The translations under genes were made by a program, and so were the position numbers. Shown here in pieces: positions 11,434 to 20,730 of a stretch of 64,000 bases of DNA. The notes below the pieces were generated by a model. That model did no database searches, was not told the origin of the DNA, and was given only the letters and a program-made list of their open reading frames with translations. The DNA is from Candidatus Latescibacterota bacterium (GTDB lineage Bacteria; Latescibacterota; UBA2968; UBA8231), in assembly GCA_965204725.1 (NCBI GenBank), contig OZ242005.1, positions 4,928,001 through 4,992,000 of the forward strand, in the 5' to 3' direction. Numbering within the stretch: position 1 is the stretch's first letter; each line of letters begins with the position of its first letter.

Positions 11434-12362
11434 GAGGCTGTCTGAAAACCCATTATGTAGTCGTATTTGAATCGGCGTACTCATCAGGCCATATTCAGGT
11501 TTCACCACAAAATCTGAACAGAAAGGCTCGTATGATGAGTACGCCCAGTGGCCAATATGCAACCGATGTAACCGATGTGCAATGGCAGCAGATCGAACCG
11601 TTGCTGCCGGCTCCGCGGTGGCGCCCCAACGGTCCGGGTCGGCCGCCGCGGGATCGGCGTCCGATCGTCAACGGGCTTTTGTATCTGAACAAGACGGGGT
11701 GTCCTTGGGCGTTGTTACCGGCTTGTTTTGGCCCGTGGAAAACGGTGTATGATTACTTCCGTCGCTGGAGCCGGCACGGGGTCTGGCCGCGGGTGTTGGA
11801 ACGGCTCACCCAGCAGGAACGCCGCCGCAACGGCCGGCCGGCCACGCCCTCGGCGGGCTGTATCGATAGTCAGACCATCAAAACGGCAACCCATGGTAAA
11901 ACAACCGGTTACGACGCGGGCAAGAAGGTTCAAGGCCGAAAACGGCATCTGCTGGTCGACGCCTCAGGCTTGCTTCGACAGGTGGTGGTCACCGCCGCCG
12001 ATGTATCCGATCGAGACGGCTTGCAGCAGGTGTTGACCCGCTTGGGGACGTCCGGCGTAGCCCGGTTACGCAAACTGTGGGGCGATGGCGGCTATCGAGG
12101 CGAGGCGATCCGAACATGGGTGGCCAACCTAAAAAAGACGCACAAGATTGACTTGGAAGTCGTCGCCAAACAAGGCCCCGGATTTACCGTACTCAAACGC
12201 CGTTGGGTCGTCGAGCGTACCTTGGCATGGGTGATGAACTCGCGCCGTCATGCCCGAGATTATGAGGTGTTGACCCGCCATAGCGAAGCCTTGATCCAGA
12301 TTGCTATGATCCACCTGTTACTCAAAAGAATCAAATAGAAAATGGAGTTTTCAGACAGCCTC
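11434..12362 (+). mobile_element. IS5-family insertion sequence (IS1031-group-like), 929 bp
   Basis: Perfect 16-bp terminal inverted repeats GAGGCTGTCTGAAAAC (11434-11449) / GTTTTCAGACAGCCTC (12347-12362), flanked by TAA on both sides (11431-33, 12363-65). Confidence 0.95.
11532..12338 (+). CDS. IS5-family DDE transposase
   Basis: TD.QW..IEPLLP, GRP, TGC.W..LP, IDSQ, GRKRH, DGGY, RWVVERT. Confidence 0.95.
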   Translation: MMSTPSGQYATDVTDVQWQQIEPLLPAPRWRPNGPGRPPRDRRPIVNGLLYLNKTGCPWALLPACFGPWKTVYDYFRRWSRHGVWPRVLERLTQQERRRNGRPATPSAGCIDSQTIKTATHGKTTGYDAGKKVQGRKRHLLVDASGLLRQVVVTAADVSDRDGLQQVLTRLGTSGVARLRKLWGDGGYRGEAIRTWVANLKKTHKIDLEVVAKQGPGFTVLKRRWVVERTLAWVMNSRRHARDYEVLTRHSEALIQIAMIHLLLKRIK

Positions 12363-12743
12363 TAAAGACCTGAATGAAATAACTATCGGGCTGTTCAATA
12401 AAATCATTGGAATCGACAAAGTGCTTGCAGATGCTGCTTACCGCGAGACGGTCTTCTGCCTCGTAAGCAAGCAGAGAAGACGAGAATACGCGCTTGTAGT
12501 TTCTCCAAACCGTATAGTGACTCGGACTAAATGGTAGTCCAGTAATATCCATCAGGCGATCGCGTATTGGATCGTCTCCACGCAGTTCGATTCCATCCAA
12601 CTCACAGAGGGCATTGGCAATTAGTGCAATGTTGCTAAACCTAAAGTAGTCAAGCCGTCCTTGGTCCCATCTCCACTGAGTAACCATACAAAGTATCTTC
12701 AGTTATACGGTTTCGTTGAGCAAATCCACTGCTGACGCTCGCG

Positions 12744-13098
12744 TTACAACGGCTCAAAAAACGTAATCCCGTTCCCGTCCAAATCGAGAATGGTGAATTC
12801 CTTCGTGCCCCAAGGCGTCGCTTGCAGCGAACTGTGCGGGTGAATCACTTCTTCCCGCTGATATTCTGCGTAGAGCGGCTCGATGTTTTCCACCTCGACG
12901 CGGCAGGCGGTTTTTTCGGGGATGTTTTTGTCATCGCATAGCCACAGGTGAATCTCGACCGCGCCGCACACCAGCGTAGTCCTCCGCTTGGAACAGCTCG
13001 GTGAACCCCAGTCGCTGTACGTAGAAGGAGACCGCGTTGGCAATGTTTAGCGCCGCCTGCTTGGGGATCGCCGTGCGCAGTACAGTATGTGTGGACAT
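12744..13098 (-). pseudogene. Bleomycin-resistance/VOC-family protein, frameshifted near 12957-12969
   Basis: MSTHTVLRTAIP...FYVQRLGF...DYAGVRRG in one frame continues as AVEIHLW...TPWGTKEFTILDLDGNGITF in another. Confidence 0.8.
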
Positions 13099-13112
13099 CG
13101 GTTCTCCGGTGG

Positions 13113-14303
13113 TTAGACAGCTTCTCGCTGATAGTACGCCGCGAGGATCTCGGCCACTTCTGGCCGCGCAAACTCCGGCGGCAGGGCCTCGCCAGCGGCC
13201 AGCTTTTCGCGGACTTGGGTTCCCGATAGGAACAGGTACGCGTCGCTGTCGTGCGAGCAGTCGCGCATCATCACCACCTCTTGGCACTCCTCGCACCAGA
13301 CGGTGTGATCGCCGCGGAAAATTTCGATTTCGAGGGCGTCGTCAAGGCCATCGAAAATGGTCTGCGCGTCAAACGCTCCGTAGTAATCGCCAACGCCCGC
13401 GTGGTCGCGCCCCACTATCAGATGTGTGCAGCCGCTGTTCTGGCGAAAGATAGCGTGGAGCACGGCCTCGCGTGGGCCGGCGTAGAGCATGTCAAAGCCA
13501 TAGCCAGCGATCAACACGGTGTTTTCCGGGAAGTAGCACTCGACCATCTTGCGGATGGAGGCGTCGCGCACATCGGCTGGGATGTCGCCGGCCTTTAGCT
13601 TGCCCAGCAACATGTGGATGAGGATGCCATCGGCCTCAACGGCCTGCTGCGCCATGCGACATAGCTCTTCGTGGGCGCGGTGCATGGGGTTGCGGGTCTG
13701 GAAGGCCACGACCCGATTCCAACCGCGCTCGGCGATTGCGGCGCGTAGCTCAACTGCGGTGCGGAAGGTTTGGGGAAAGTCGCCGGGGAAGTACGAGAAG
13801 TTGAGCACCTCAATCGGCCCGGCGATGAGGGTGTCGCCCGCGGCCTTAAAGGCAGCGACTCCGGGATGAGCGTCGTCGGCCGTGCCAAAGACTTGGGCGA
13901 TGATAGCGGTGCGCTCCGCGTCCGACAGCGGTTCGACCGCTGTCACTGCTTGGATGGCAAGGGCGGGATTGCCGTCCACATTGGGATCCAACAGGGCGAT
14001 GCGGCTGCCGGGACCGATGGCAGCGGGAACCTGATCGCCGGGGACTAGGTTGACGACCGGGGTGGGCCACAGCAGGCCGTCGGCAGTGTGCATGTTGGCA
14101 GCCACGCTCTTGGCCTCGCTCGCGTCCATAAAGCCTGTGAGCGGGGTAAAGTACCCTGAGCCGAGCATGACGGCTGAGGAGGCCGCGGCGGAAGAGACGA
14201 CGGTAGAGGGCAGGTCGGCGGCTTCTGCTAGAAGCTGGGTACGCACGGCATCGTCTTCGACATAGAGCGGCTTGAGTTCTTCTGCGCCATGGGGTTTAAT
14301 CAT
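13113..14303 (-). CDS. sat: Sulfate adenylyltransferase (ATP sulfurylase)
   Basis: VAFQTRNPMHRAHE, YAGPREA, GRDHAGVG, LSGT.VR, RPEV. Confidence 0.96.
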   Translation of the reverse strand: MIKPHGAEELKPLYVEDDAVRTQLLAEAADLPSTVVSSAAASSAVMLGSGYFTPLTGFMDASEAKSVAANMHTADGLLWPTPVVNLVPGDQVPAAIGPGSRIALLDPNVDGNPALAIQAVTAVEPLSDAERTAIIAQVFGTADDAHPGVAAFKAAGDTLIAGPIEVLNFSYFPGDFPQTFRTAVELRAAIAERGWNRVVAFQTRNPMHRAHEELCRMAQQAVEADGILIHMLLGKLKAGDIPADVRDASIRKMVECYFPENTVLIAGYGFDMLYAGPREAVLHAIFRQNSGCTHLIVGRDHAGVGDYYGAFDAQTIFDGLDDALEIEIFRGDHTVWCEECQEVVMMRDCSHDSDAYLFLSGTQVREKLAAGEALPPEFARPEVAEILAAYYQREAV

Positions 14304-14328
14304 GCGTATGCTCCATTGGTTAGAGTGC

Positions 14329-15192
14329 TTAATGCACGGGAATGCCGGCTTCGGCGAGAATGCTGTGGACATTGGCGGCGGCTCTGGGGTATTTCTCGTT
14401 GGGCAGATGCTCTAGGAGCATGTAGCCGTCGGGATGGGCGTCGTGCCACAGCTCGAGCGCGGTAAAGAGGTCGAGTTCGCCATCGCCGGGCACCTCCTCG
14501 TCGATGTGGAGCACCAAACCGTTGGACAGCTTGATGTCCTTGCAATGCCCGACCGCGGAGATGGGGTTCATAATTGCAAAAATTTGCTGCAAGCGCTCGG
14601 TGCTGTTGTACACTTGATCTAGGTTCTGGAAGTGGTTGACGTAATCCATGACCACGGTCATGCGCTCGGAGCCGACCGCTTGCAGCACATCGCGGTTTAC
14701 TTCCGGCGACCCCATGATGGTGAGCAGATGCGTCTCAACGACCATGGTGACGCCTGCGGACTCGGCTTTGGCGGCCACGCGCTTGAGGGTCTCGACGAGT
14801 AGGGCGCGGGCCTCGGGTGTGAGATTGAGCGGCGACGGCGCGTACGAACCGGCCGGGTTGAGGCTGCCGGTGCGGATTAGGCAAGTGTGGGCAGCCAAGT
14901 CGCGGGCGACCTCAATGCCGCGCTCGATTTTGCCGACGACTTGGTCGCGCACTGCGGGGTTGGGATCAAACAGGCACTCGGAAAAGCCAATGCCGAATTG
15001 GGGCAAATCCATGCCCGCGGCTGCCATGGTGTCGCGCACCTTGTGGCACTCTGCAGGGGTGACGGCAAACAGCGATTCCCCGGGGGCGTGAAAGGCCGCG
15101 CCCGTGAGATTGAGTGCCTTGATCGCCGCTAGGTGTTGGTCGCTAATTGCGCGAAAGTCCGGGGGCAACATGCCGACGACGCCGAGCCGCAT
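14329..15192 (-). CDS. Sugar-phosphate isomerase/epimerase (xylose-isomerase-like TIM barrel)
   Basis: VETH, D..N, HCKD, PG.G.LD, LEH motifs. Confidence 0.85.
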   Translation of the reverse strand: MRLGVVGMLPPDFRAISDQHLAAIKALNLTGAAFHAPGESLFAVTPAECHKVRDTMAAAGMDLPQFGIGFSECLFDPNPAVRDQVVGKIERGIEVARDLAAHTCLIRTGSLNPAGSYAPSPLNLTPEARALLVETLKRVAAKAESAGVTMVVETHLLTIMGSPEVNRDVLQAVGSERMTVVMDYVNHFQNLDQVYNSTERLQQIFAIMNPISAVGHCKDIKLSNGLVLHIDEEVPGDGELDLFTALELWHDAHPDGYMLLEHLPNEKYPRAAANVHSILAEAGIPVH

Positions 15193-15347
15193 AGGAAAAA
15201 CTCCTTTGTTGAGATTGTGTAGTAGAAAGGGGCCGAATCGCCTCAAAACTGACCAATGGCATGAGCAACGTCAACACGCGAGGCGTTTGCCCAACCGGAG
15301 CGGGAAGCCTACCTTGAACCCTTTAGCCCGTAACTACTCAACGAACC

Positions 15348-16148
15348 ATGACCTTCGCCCTGCCGTTTATCACTGCGCTCGTCTCCGGGCTTTACACTTG
15401 CCTGTGGGGCGCGTTCAAAGACGCTCCCTATGAGGGGTTCAAACCCAAGACCTTTCCGCGCAGCATGTACTTCCACATCGCGATCTTTTTGCCGCTGTAC
15501 TTCATCCCGTATTTCAGCGCGCAATTCCAGCATCTTGGGCTCGTGCAACTATTCTTCCTGATCATGGGCCTAGAGCGCTTTCTCGCCGAAATCTACAAGG
15601 GCTTCTTCCGCACCGAAGACCAGCAAAAGTACTTCGTTCCCTCGCGCATTACCTTCTTTGGCCGCCCGGTCGCCAGCGACTTCCTCCGCTATAGTGCGGG
15701 CGGTCTAATCGTCGCCATCGTCTTTGCCTTCTTGCTCGTCGCCGCGCCCGTCAAGAGCTTCTGGGGCTATCTGGCGACCGGGTATTGCACCGGGCTGCTC
15801 GTGGCCTTGGGAGGGGCTTATAAGGACGCGCCCTTCGAGGGGTTCAAGTGGCTCAAATTCCAGCGTTCTGGGGTCGTCTTGGCCGCCTTGAGTCCGCTGT
15901 TTTACTTTCTCGGCAATCCCGAATACCCGGTCGGCTTGGGGTTTCTCATCTACATGAACGGCGGGCTAGAGCGGTTCACCGTCGAGTACTACAAGACCTA
16001 CATCCAGCGCAACATGTCCGGGAAATTCCAACCCAACCTGCCCAAAATTCAGCGAGAATTGGACACCCGCGAAAGGTTTCACTACGCGGCCTTGGCGATC
16101 ATCGCCGGGCTGGCCGCGCTCTACGCCCATGAACGCGGCGCACTATGA
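15348..16148 (+). CDS. Uncharacterised integral membrane protein with a two-fold internal repeat
   Basis: GAFKDAPYEGFK...GLERF..E.YK is repeated as GAYKDAPFEGFK...GLERF..E.YK; multiple hydrophobic segments. Confidence 0.8.
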   Translation: MTFALPFITALVSGLYTCLWGAFKDAPYEGFKPKTFPRSMYFHIAIFLPLYFIPYFSAQFQHLGLVQLFFLIMGLERFLAEIYKGFFRTEDQQKYFVPSRITFFGRPVASDFLRYSAGGLIVAIVFAFLLVAAPVKSFWGYLATGYCTGLLVALGGAYKDAPFEGFKWLKFQRSGVVLAALSPLFYFLGNPEYPVGLGFLIYMNGGLERFTVEYYKTYIQRNMSGKFQPNLPKIQRELDTRERFHYAALAIIAGLAALYAHERGAL

Positions 16149-17616
16149 CGCAGTGGTAATTGGCTCCGGGTTCGGCGGCTCGCTGGTGGCCCACGCGCTG
16201 GTGCAATCCGGGCTAAAGACCGCGCTGCTAGAGCGGGGCCAATGGGCCAAGCGCGACGACGCAGACTGGGATCAGCGCACCATCCTGCTGCAAAAACGCT
16301 ACTGCGCGGCCTCACCCCTGTTGGTCAAGCAGTACGGACAGCGCACCGTCCAGCGCGTCTATCCCAACGAAGTCGTCGGCGGCAACTCCGTCTTTTACGG
16401 CGGAGCGTCGCTGCGGTTGCGGCCGGCGGATTTTGCCCGCTGGCCCTTTTCCTATGCCGATCTAGCCTCTTACTACGCCCGCGCCGAGCAGCTTCTCGGC
16501 GTACACGGAGAGGTGGGGACTGATCCCTACCAGCCGCCGGGGTTGGCGGCCTATCCGCGCCGCGCTGTTGAGCTCAGCGCACCGGCCCAGCGCATTTACC
16601 AAGCGGGGACGGCCCTCGGGCTACGGCCGTTCAAGATCCCGCTGGCGATCAACTTTTCCGACCACACCCGCCCCCTCTGCCTGCGCTGCATCACCTGCGA
16701 TGGCTTCCCCTGTAAGGTGGAGGCTAAAAACGACATGGCTTCCACCGTGCTGGCCGCGGCCGTGGCCGCCGGGCTGGATATCGTCGTCGGCGCGGTGGCG
16801 CGGCGGTTGGTGCAACGAGGGGGGCGCGTCGAGCAGGTCGAATACGTAGATAGCATCTCCCGACAGGCCCACGCGCTCTCGGCCGACTTGGTGGTCTTGG
16901 CCGCTGGGGCACTCAACAGCCCGGCCCTAATGCTCCGCTCGGGATTCGACCACCCCCTGATTGGGCGCTTTCTCATGCGCCATTGCAATGGGGTTGCCTG
17001 TTACATCTTTCCCTTTCGCACCAACCCGCAACAGGTCTTCCACAAGCAGCTCTGCTTTTCCGATTTCTACGAAGACCTGCGGGCGGAATTCGGCACGGCC
17101 GTGGGCGTCATTCAAGACATCTATACACCGGCACCCTCCATCATCCGGCACCACACTCCTTGGGGCCTCAAGACCCTCGCCGGGCTGCTGGCCAGCCGCA
17201 TGCAGAGTTTGCTCTGCATTGCCGAGGACGATCCTCGTCGCGAAAACCGCCTGTCGTTGGCTCGTGAGCAGGACCTCTTCGGCATGGAGCTGGTACAAGT
17301 AGAGCACGCCTATAGCCACGCCGACTGCCGTCGCCGCGACCTTTTGCTGGCCAAAGCAGGGGCCGTATTGCGCCAAGCGGGCGGCTTGCTGCGCTACCGC
17401 TACTTGATCGATTCCTTCTCGCACGCCGTAGGCACCCTGCGCTGCGCCACCGCGCCAGAGGAAGGCGTACTCGACGTGGATTGTCGCTATTGGGGCAGCG
17501 ACAACCTCTACGTATCCGACGGCAGCTTCATGCCGTCTTCGGGTGGAGTAAATCCAAGTTTGACGATCGCGGCCAACGCCCTGCGGGTCGCCGAGCGGAT
17601 ATTGGAGCAGCGATGA
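16129..17616 (+). CDS. GMC-family FAD oxidoreductase
   Basis: GSGFGG, VGGNS.FY, CLRCITCDGFPC, H.VGT.R, D.S.MPSSGGVNPSLTI.ANA. Confidence 0.92.
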   Translation: MNAAHYDAVVIGSGFGGSLVAHALVQSGLKTALLERGQWAKRDDADWDQRTILLQKRYCAASPLLVKQYGQRTVQRVYPNEVVGGNSVFYGGASLRLRPADFARWPFSYADLASYYARAEQLLGVHGEVGTDPYQPPGLAAYPRRAVELSAPAQRIYQAGTALGLRPFKIPLAINFSDHTRPLCLRCITCDGFPCKVEAKNDMASTVLAAAVAAGLDIVVGAVARRLVQRGGRVEQVEYVDSISRQAHALSADLVVLAAGALNSPALMLRSGFDHPLIGRFLMRHCNGVACYIFPFRTNPQQVFHKQLCFSDFYEDLRAEFGTAVGVIQDIYTPAPSIIRHHTPWGLKTLAGLLASRMQSLLCIAEDDPRRENRLSLAREQDLFGMELVQVEHAYSHADCRRRDLLLAKAGAVLRQAGGLLRYRYLIDSFSHAVGTLRCATAPEEGVLDVDCRYWGSDNLYVSDGSFMPSSGGVNPSLTIAANALRVAERILEQR

Positions 17617-18551
17617 AGAAGGTCTGTCTGGTAGGGTGCGGCACCATCGGTCGCCTACACGCGAAAAACCTCGTCGGCCGGGTCGAGCTGTCGTTTCACA
17701 GCCGGACGCAGACTCGTGCCGAGGCCCTCAGCCGTCAATGCGGCGGGGGGCAGGTATTCGCCGCGTACGCCGAAGTCCTCGACAGCGCGGTGGATGCGGT
17801 GCTGATCTGCTCGCCGCCGGATGCCCATTGCTCGCAGGTCGTAGCAGCGTTGGCGGCCGGTAAGGCGGTGTTGGTGGAAAAGCCTTTGTGCGCCACAGAA
17901 GGCGATTTGGCGGCGATTGAGGCGGCCGCGGCAGGCCATCCAGACGCGCTGATGATGATCGCGGAAAACTACTACTACAAGCCCTTGCTCAAGCTGCTCA
18001 AGTGGATCATCCAGCAGGGTTTTATCGGCCAAGTGCGGCAGGCGGCTATTGGCAAGCGCTTTACGCAGCAGACCGCGGGTTGGAAAAGCAGCTATGGCGC
18101 GTTGCTGGAGGGCGGGATCCACTTCGTGGCCCTCGGAGCGGAACTTTTCGCCGCCGCGCCCAAGCAGGTGACAGCGGAGTTTCCCGGGCACCGGGCGGGC
18201 GAGCCGGAGCGGAACTCGGTGGTGCGGCTCGAATACGCATCGGGAGCGGAGCTCGTGTTGCGCTATGCTTGGAACGCCTTCAGCTTGACCAAGGGCATCT
18301 TTCAGCATGCGCGGATTTTGGGGGCCGAGGGGGAGGTGATCTTTGAGTGCAATGGGCTGTACGTGTGTTTGCGGGGGCGGCGGAAGCGGCTCTACCTTCC
18401 GGGCGTGAGGGACCTGATGGGCTACAAGGGCATGACGCAGGATTTCTTGCAGTGTTTGCAGGAGCCGGGACGGAAGCCGTATTCAGACCTAGCGCGGGCT
18501 AAACGGGATTTGGGCATTGTGTTTTCTGCATATACGCATATAAAGGATTGA
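17613..18551 (+). CDS. Gfo/Idh/MocA oxidoreductase
   Basis: VGCGTIG, AGKAVLVEKP, AENY, GALLEGGIH; ATGA overlap with the GMC gene. Confidence 0.9.
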   Translation: MKKVCLVGCGTIGRLHAKNLVGRVELSFHSRTQTRAEALSRQCGGGQVFAAYAEVLDSAVDAVLICSPPDAHCSQVVAALAAGKAVLVEKPLCATEGDLAAIEAAAAGHPDALMMIAENYYYKPLLKLLKWIIQQGFIGQVRQAAIGKRFTQQTAGWKSSYGALLEGGIHFVALGAELFAAAPKQVTAEFPGHRAGEPERNSVVRLEYASGAELVLRYAWNAFSLTKGIFQHARILGAEGEVIFECNGLYVCLRGRRKRLYLPGVRDLMGYKGMTQDFLQCLQEPGRKPYSDLARAKRDLGIVFSAYTHIKD

Positions 18552-18555
18552 GCGG

Positions 18556-20238
18556 ATGAGCGACGCGGAAAAAATTATCTATTCGATGTACAAGGTCAGC
18601 AAGCACTACAATCGGAAGGTGGTTCTCGCAGACATTTCACTATCGTACTTCTACGGCGCCAAGATCGGGGTATTGGGCTTGAATGGGTCGGGCAAGAGCA
18701 CCTTGTTGCGGATTATGGCGGGCATAGACCGGGAATACGAGGGGACCATTCGCGTACAGCCGGGGTTTACCGTGGGGTACTTAGAGCAAGAACCCGAGCT
18801 GGAGAAAGGAAAGACGGTCAAAGAGATCGTCGAGGAGGGAGTGCAAGAGACGGTGGACTTGCTGCGCGCTTATGAGGACATCAACGCCCAGTTCGCCGAA
18901 CCCATGGACGACGACGCCATGAACGCCCTGATTGAGCGGCAGGGCGCAGTGGCCGACCAACTCGACGCGGCCGGGGCTTGGGATTTGGACAGTAGGCTGG
19001 ACATGGCGATGGGCGCCTTGCGCTGTCCGCCCGAAGACCAAGAGGTCTCCACGCTTTCGGGCGGCGAGCGGCGGCGGGTGGCGTTGTGTCGGTTGTTGCT
19101 CCGCCAGCCGGATATTCTGCTCCTAGACGAGCCGACCAACCACCTCGACGCCGAAACGGTGGCGTGGCTGGAGGGACATTTGCATCAATACCGAGGGACG
19201 GTGATTGCCGTTACCCACGACCGGTATTTTCTCGACAACGTGGCGGGCTGGATTCTGGAGTTGGACCAAGGGCGAGGCGTACCGTGGAAGGGGAATTACT
19301 CGTCGTGGCTAGCGCAAAAGAAAGAGCGACTGCGGCTGGAAGAAAAGAGCGCGAGCGAAAGACAGCGGACGTTGGAGCGCGAGTTGGAGTGGATCCGCAT
19401 GACGCCGAGGGCCAAGCAGCAAAAGAACAAGGCGAGGATCAGGGCCTACGAGGATCTGCTAAATCAGGATCGAGTACGGCGGAACGAGGCGGTGCAACTC
19501 TACATTCCGCCGGGGCCGCGGCTGGGCACTATCGCCATTGAGGCCCAAGGCGTGAGCAAGTGCTACGGCGACCGCATTATCTTCGAGAACATGAATTTCG
19601 CCCTGCCCTCGGGGGGGATCGTCGGGGTCATCGGGCCAAACGGCGCGGGCAAGACGACCCTATTCCGGTTGATTACCGGCCAAGAACGCGCCGACAGCGG
19701 CCAGCTCCGCATCGGCGAGACCGTGCGGTTGGGGTATGTAGATCAGAGCCGGGAGACCCTAGTGGGGGAAAACACCGTCTGGCAGGAGGTATCGGGCGGT
19801 GAGGACGAGATTGAGCTGGGTGAGCACAAGGTACATTCGCGGGCGTACCTCGCACGCTTCAACTTCATCGGTGCCGACCAGCAGCAACAGGTCGCTACGC
19901 TTTCGGGCGGACAGCGCAATCGGGTCCATCTGGCCAAGGTACTCAAGGAGCCAGCCAACGTGTTCCTGCTCGACGAGCCGACCAACGACCTCGACGTGCA
20001 TACGCTGCGCGCCCTAGAGGAGGGGTTGGAGAATTTCGCCGGCTGTGTGGTGGTCATCAGCCACGACCGGTGGTTTTTGGACCGGATCGCCACGCACATT
20101 CTGGCGTTTGAGGGCGACAGCCAAGTCTATTGGTTCGAGGGCAACTTTTCGGAGTACGAGGCGAACAAAAAGGCGCGTCTAGGCGACGATTCGGTCGTGC
20201 CTCAGCGAGTCCGCTATCGCCAACTGACGCGGGAGTGA
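18556..20238 (+). CDS. ettA: Energy-dependent translational throttle ABC-F protein EttA
   Basis: GAKIGVLGLNGSGKSTL, two ABC domains, GNYSSWL, RELEWIR, IPPGPRLG, YRQLTR C-terminus. Confidence 0.96.
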   Translation: MSDAEKIIYSMYKVSKHYNRKVVLADISLSYFYGAKIGVLGLNGSGKSTLLRIMAGIDREYEGTIRVQPGFTVGYLEQEPELEKGKTVKEIVEEGVQETVDLLRAYEDINAQFAEPMDDDAMNALIERQGAVADQLDAAGAWDLDSRLDMAMGALRCPPEDQEVSTLSGGERRRVALCRLLLRQPDILLLDEPTNHLDAETVAWLEGHLHQYRGTVIAVTHDRYFLDNVAGWILELDQGRGVPWKGNYSSWLAQKKERLRLEEKSASERQRTLERELEWIRMTPRAKQQKNKARIRAYEDLLNQDRVRRNEAVQLYIPPGPRLGTIAIEAQGVSKCYGDRIIFENMNFALPSGGIVGVIGPNGAGKTTLFRLITGQERADSGQLRIGETVRLGYVDQSRETLVGENTVWQEVSGGEDEIELGEHKVHSRAYLARFNFIGADQQQQVATLSGGQRNRVHLAKVLKEPANVFLLDEPTNDLDVHTLRALEEGLENFAGCVVVISHDRWFLDRIATHILAFEGDSQVYWFEGNFSEYEANKKARLGDDSVVPQRVRYRQLTRE

Positions 20239-20397
20239 CTGCTGATGGCTACTGTATCTCGAAAGCGGCCGGTGGATACGATTGGCTGCGATAAGTGCTC
20301 GGCGACGGCAGCGCAATAAGTGCTATCGCCGCCGAGCCGGAAGCCGAGGGCTTGTTCGGCAACACGTGCTAGGCGATCCTCGGCAGGGTGTTGGAAG

Positions 20398-20427
20398 CTG
20401 TGAGATGGAGGCATGGCCCGACACCCT
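20398..20427 (+). repeat. Left copy of 30-bp inverted repeat (CTGTGAGATGGAGGCATGGCCCGACACCCT)
   Basis: 29/30 identical to the reverse complement of 24403-24432. Confidence 0.9.
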
Positions 20428-20730
20428 TACAAGTCCTTCTAAAAGAGAACTTACCTAGGGGGTGCGACAGATCGCGTCGCAGGCAGAATTTTTTTGAAGG
20501 GATCGATTCTGCTAAAGGCGACTAGCTAGGGCTACCGGACCGGGAAAGGGGTCTTGCTGGATGGTTGAGGAGAATTTGCCGGGAAGGATTGGCGCATGAG
20601 GAGGTTTAGACTACTGTCAAAGTCGCCTGATCATTATTACTTCATATCCCCACTCTTGGTTGTCGTCCCTTTAAGGAAACGAGCCGGTTTCATTGCAGGA
20701 GGCAGACATTGGGACGATTCAGCTTCGCTG

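Larger units (their letters stand above)
10930..12687 (-). pseudogene. HNH restriction endonuclease interrupted by IS5 (N-part 12363-12687, C-part 10930-11433)
   Basis: C-part has CDMC...LEVHHLLP...LCPNCHKSVH HNH/Zn motif and is coupled (ATGA) to dcm; N-part (MVTQWRWDQGRLDYF...) reads into the IS end. Confidence 0.82.

Noticed and set aside
20398-20427. SAM-I or HDV-like ribozyme resemblance of the 30-mer
   Set aside because: Lacks AUC/GCAACC/GUGC SAM-I elements and the HDV P1.1 and J4/2 features.
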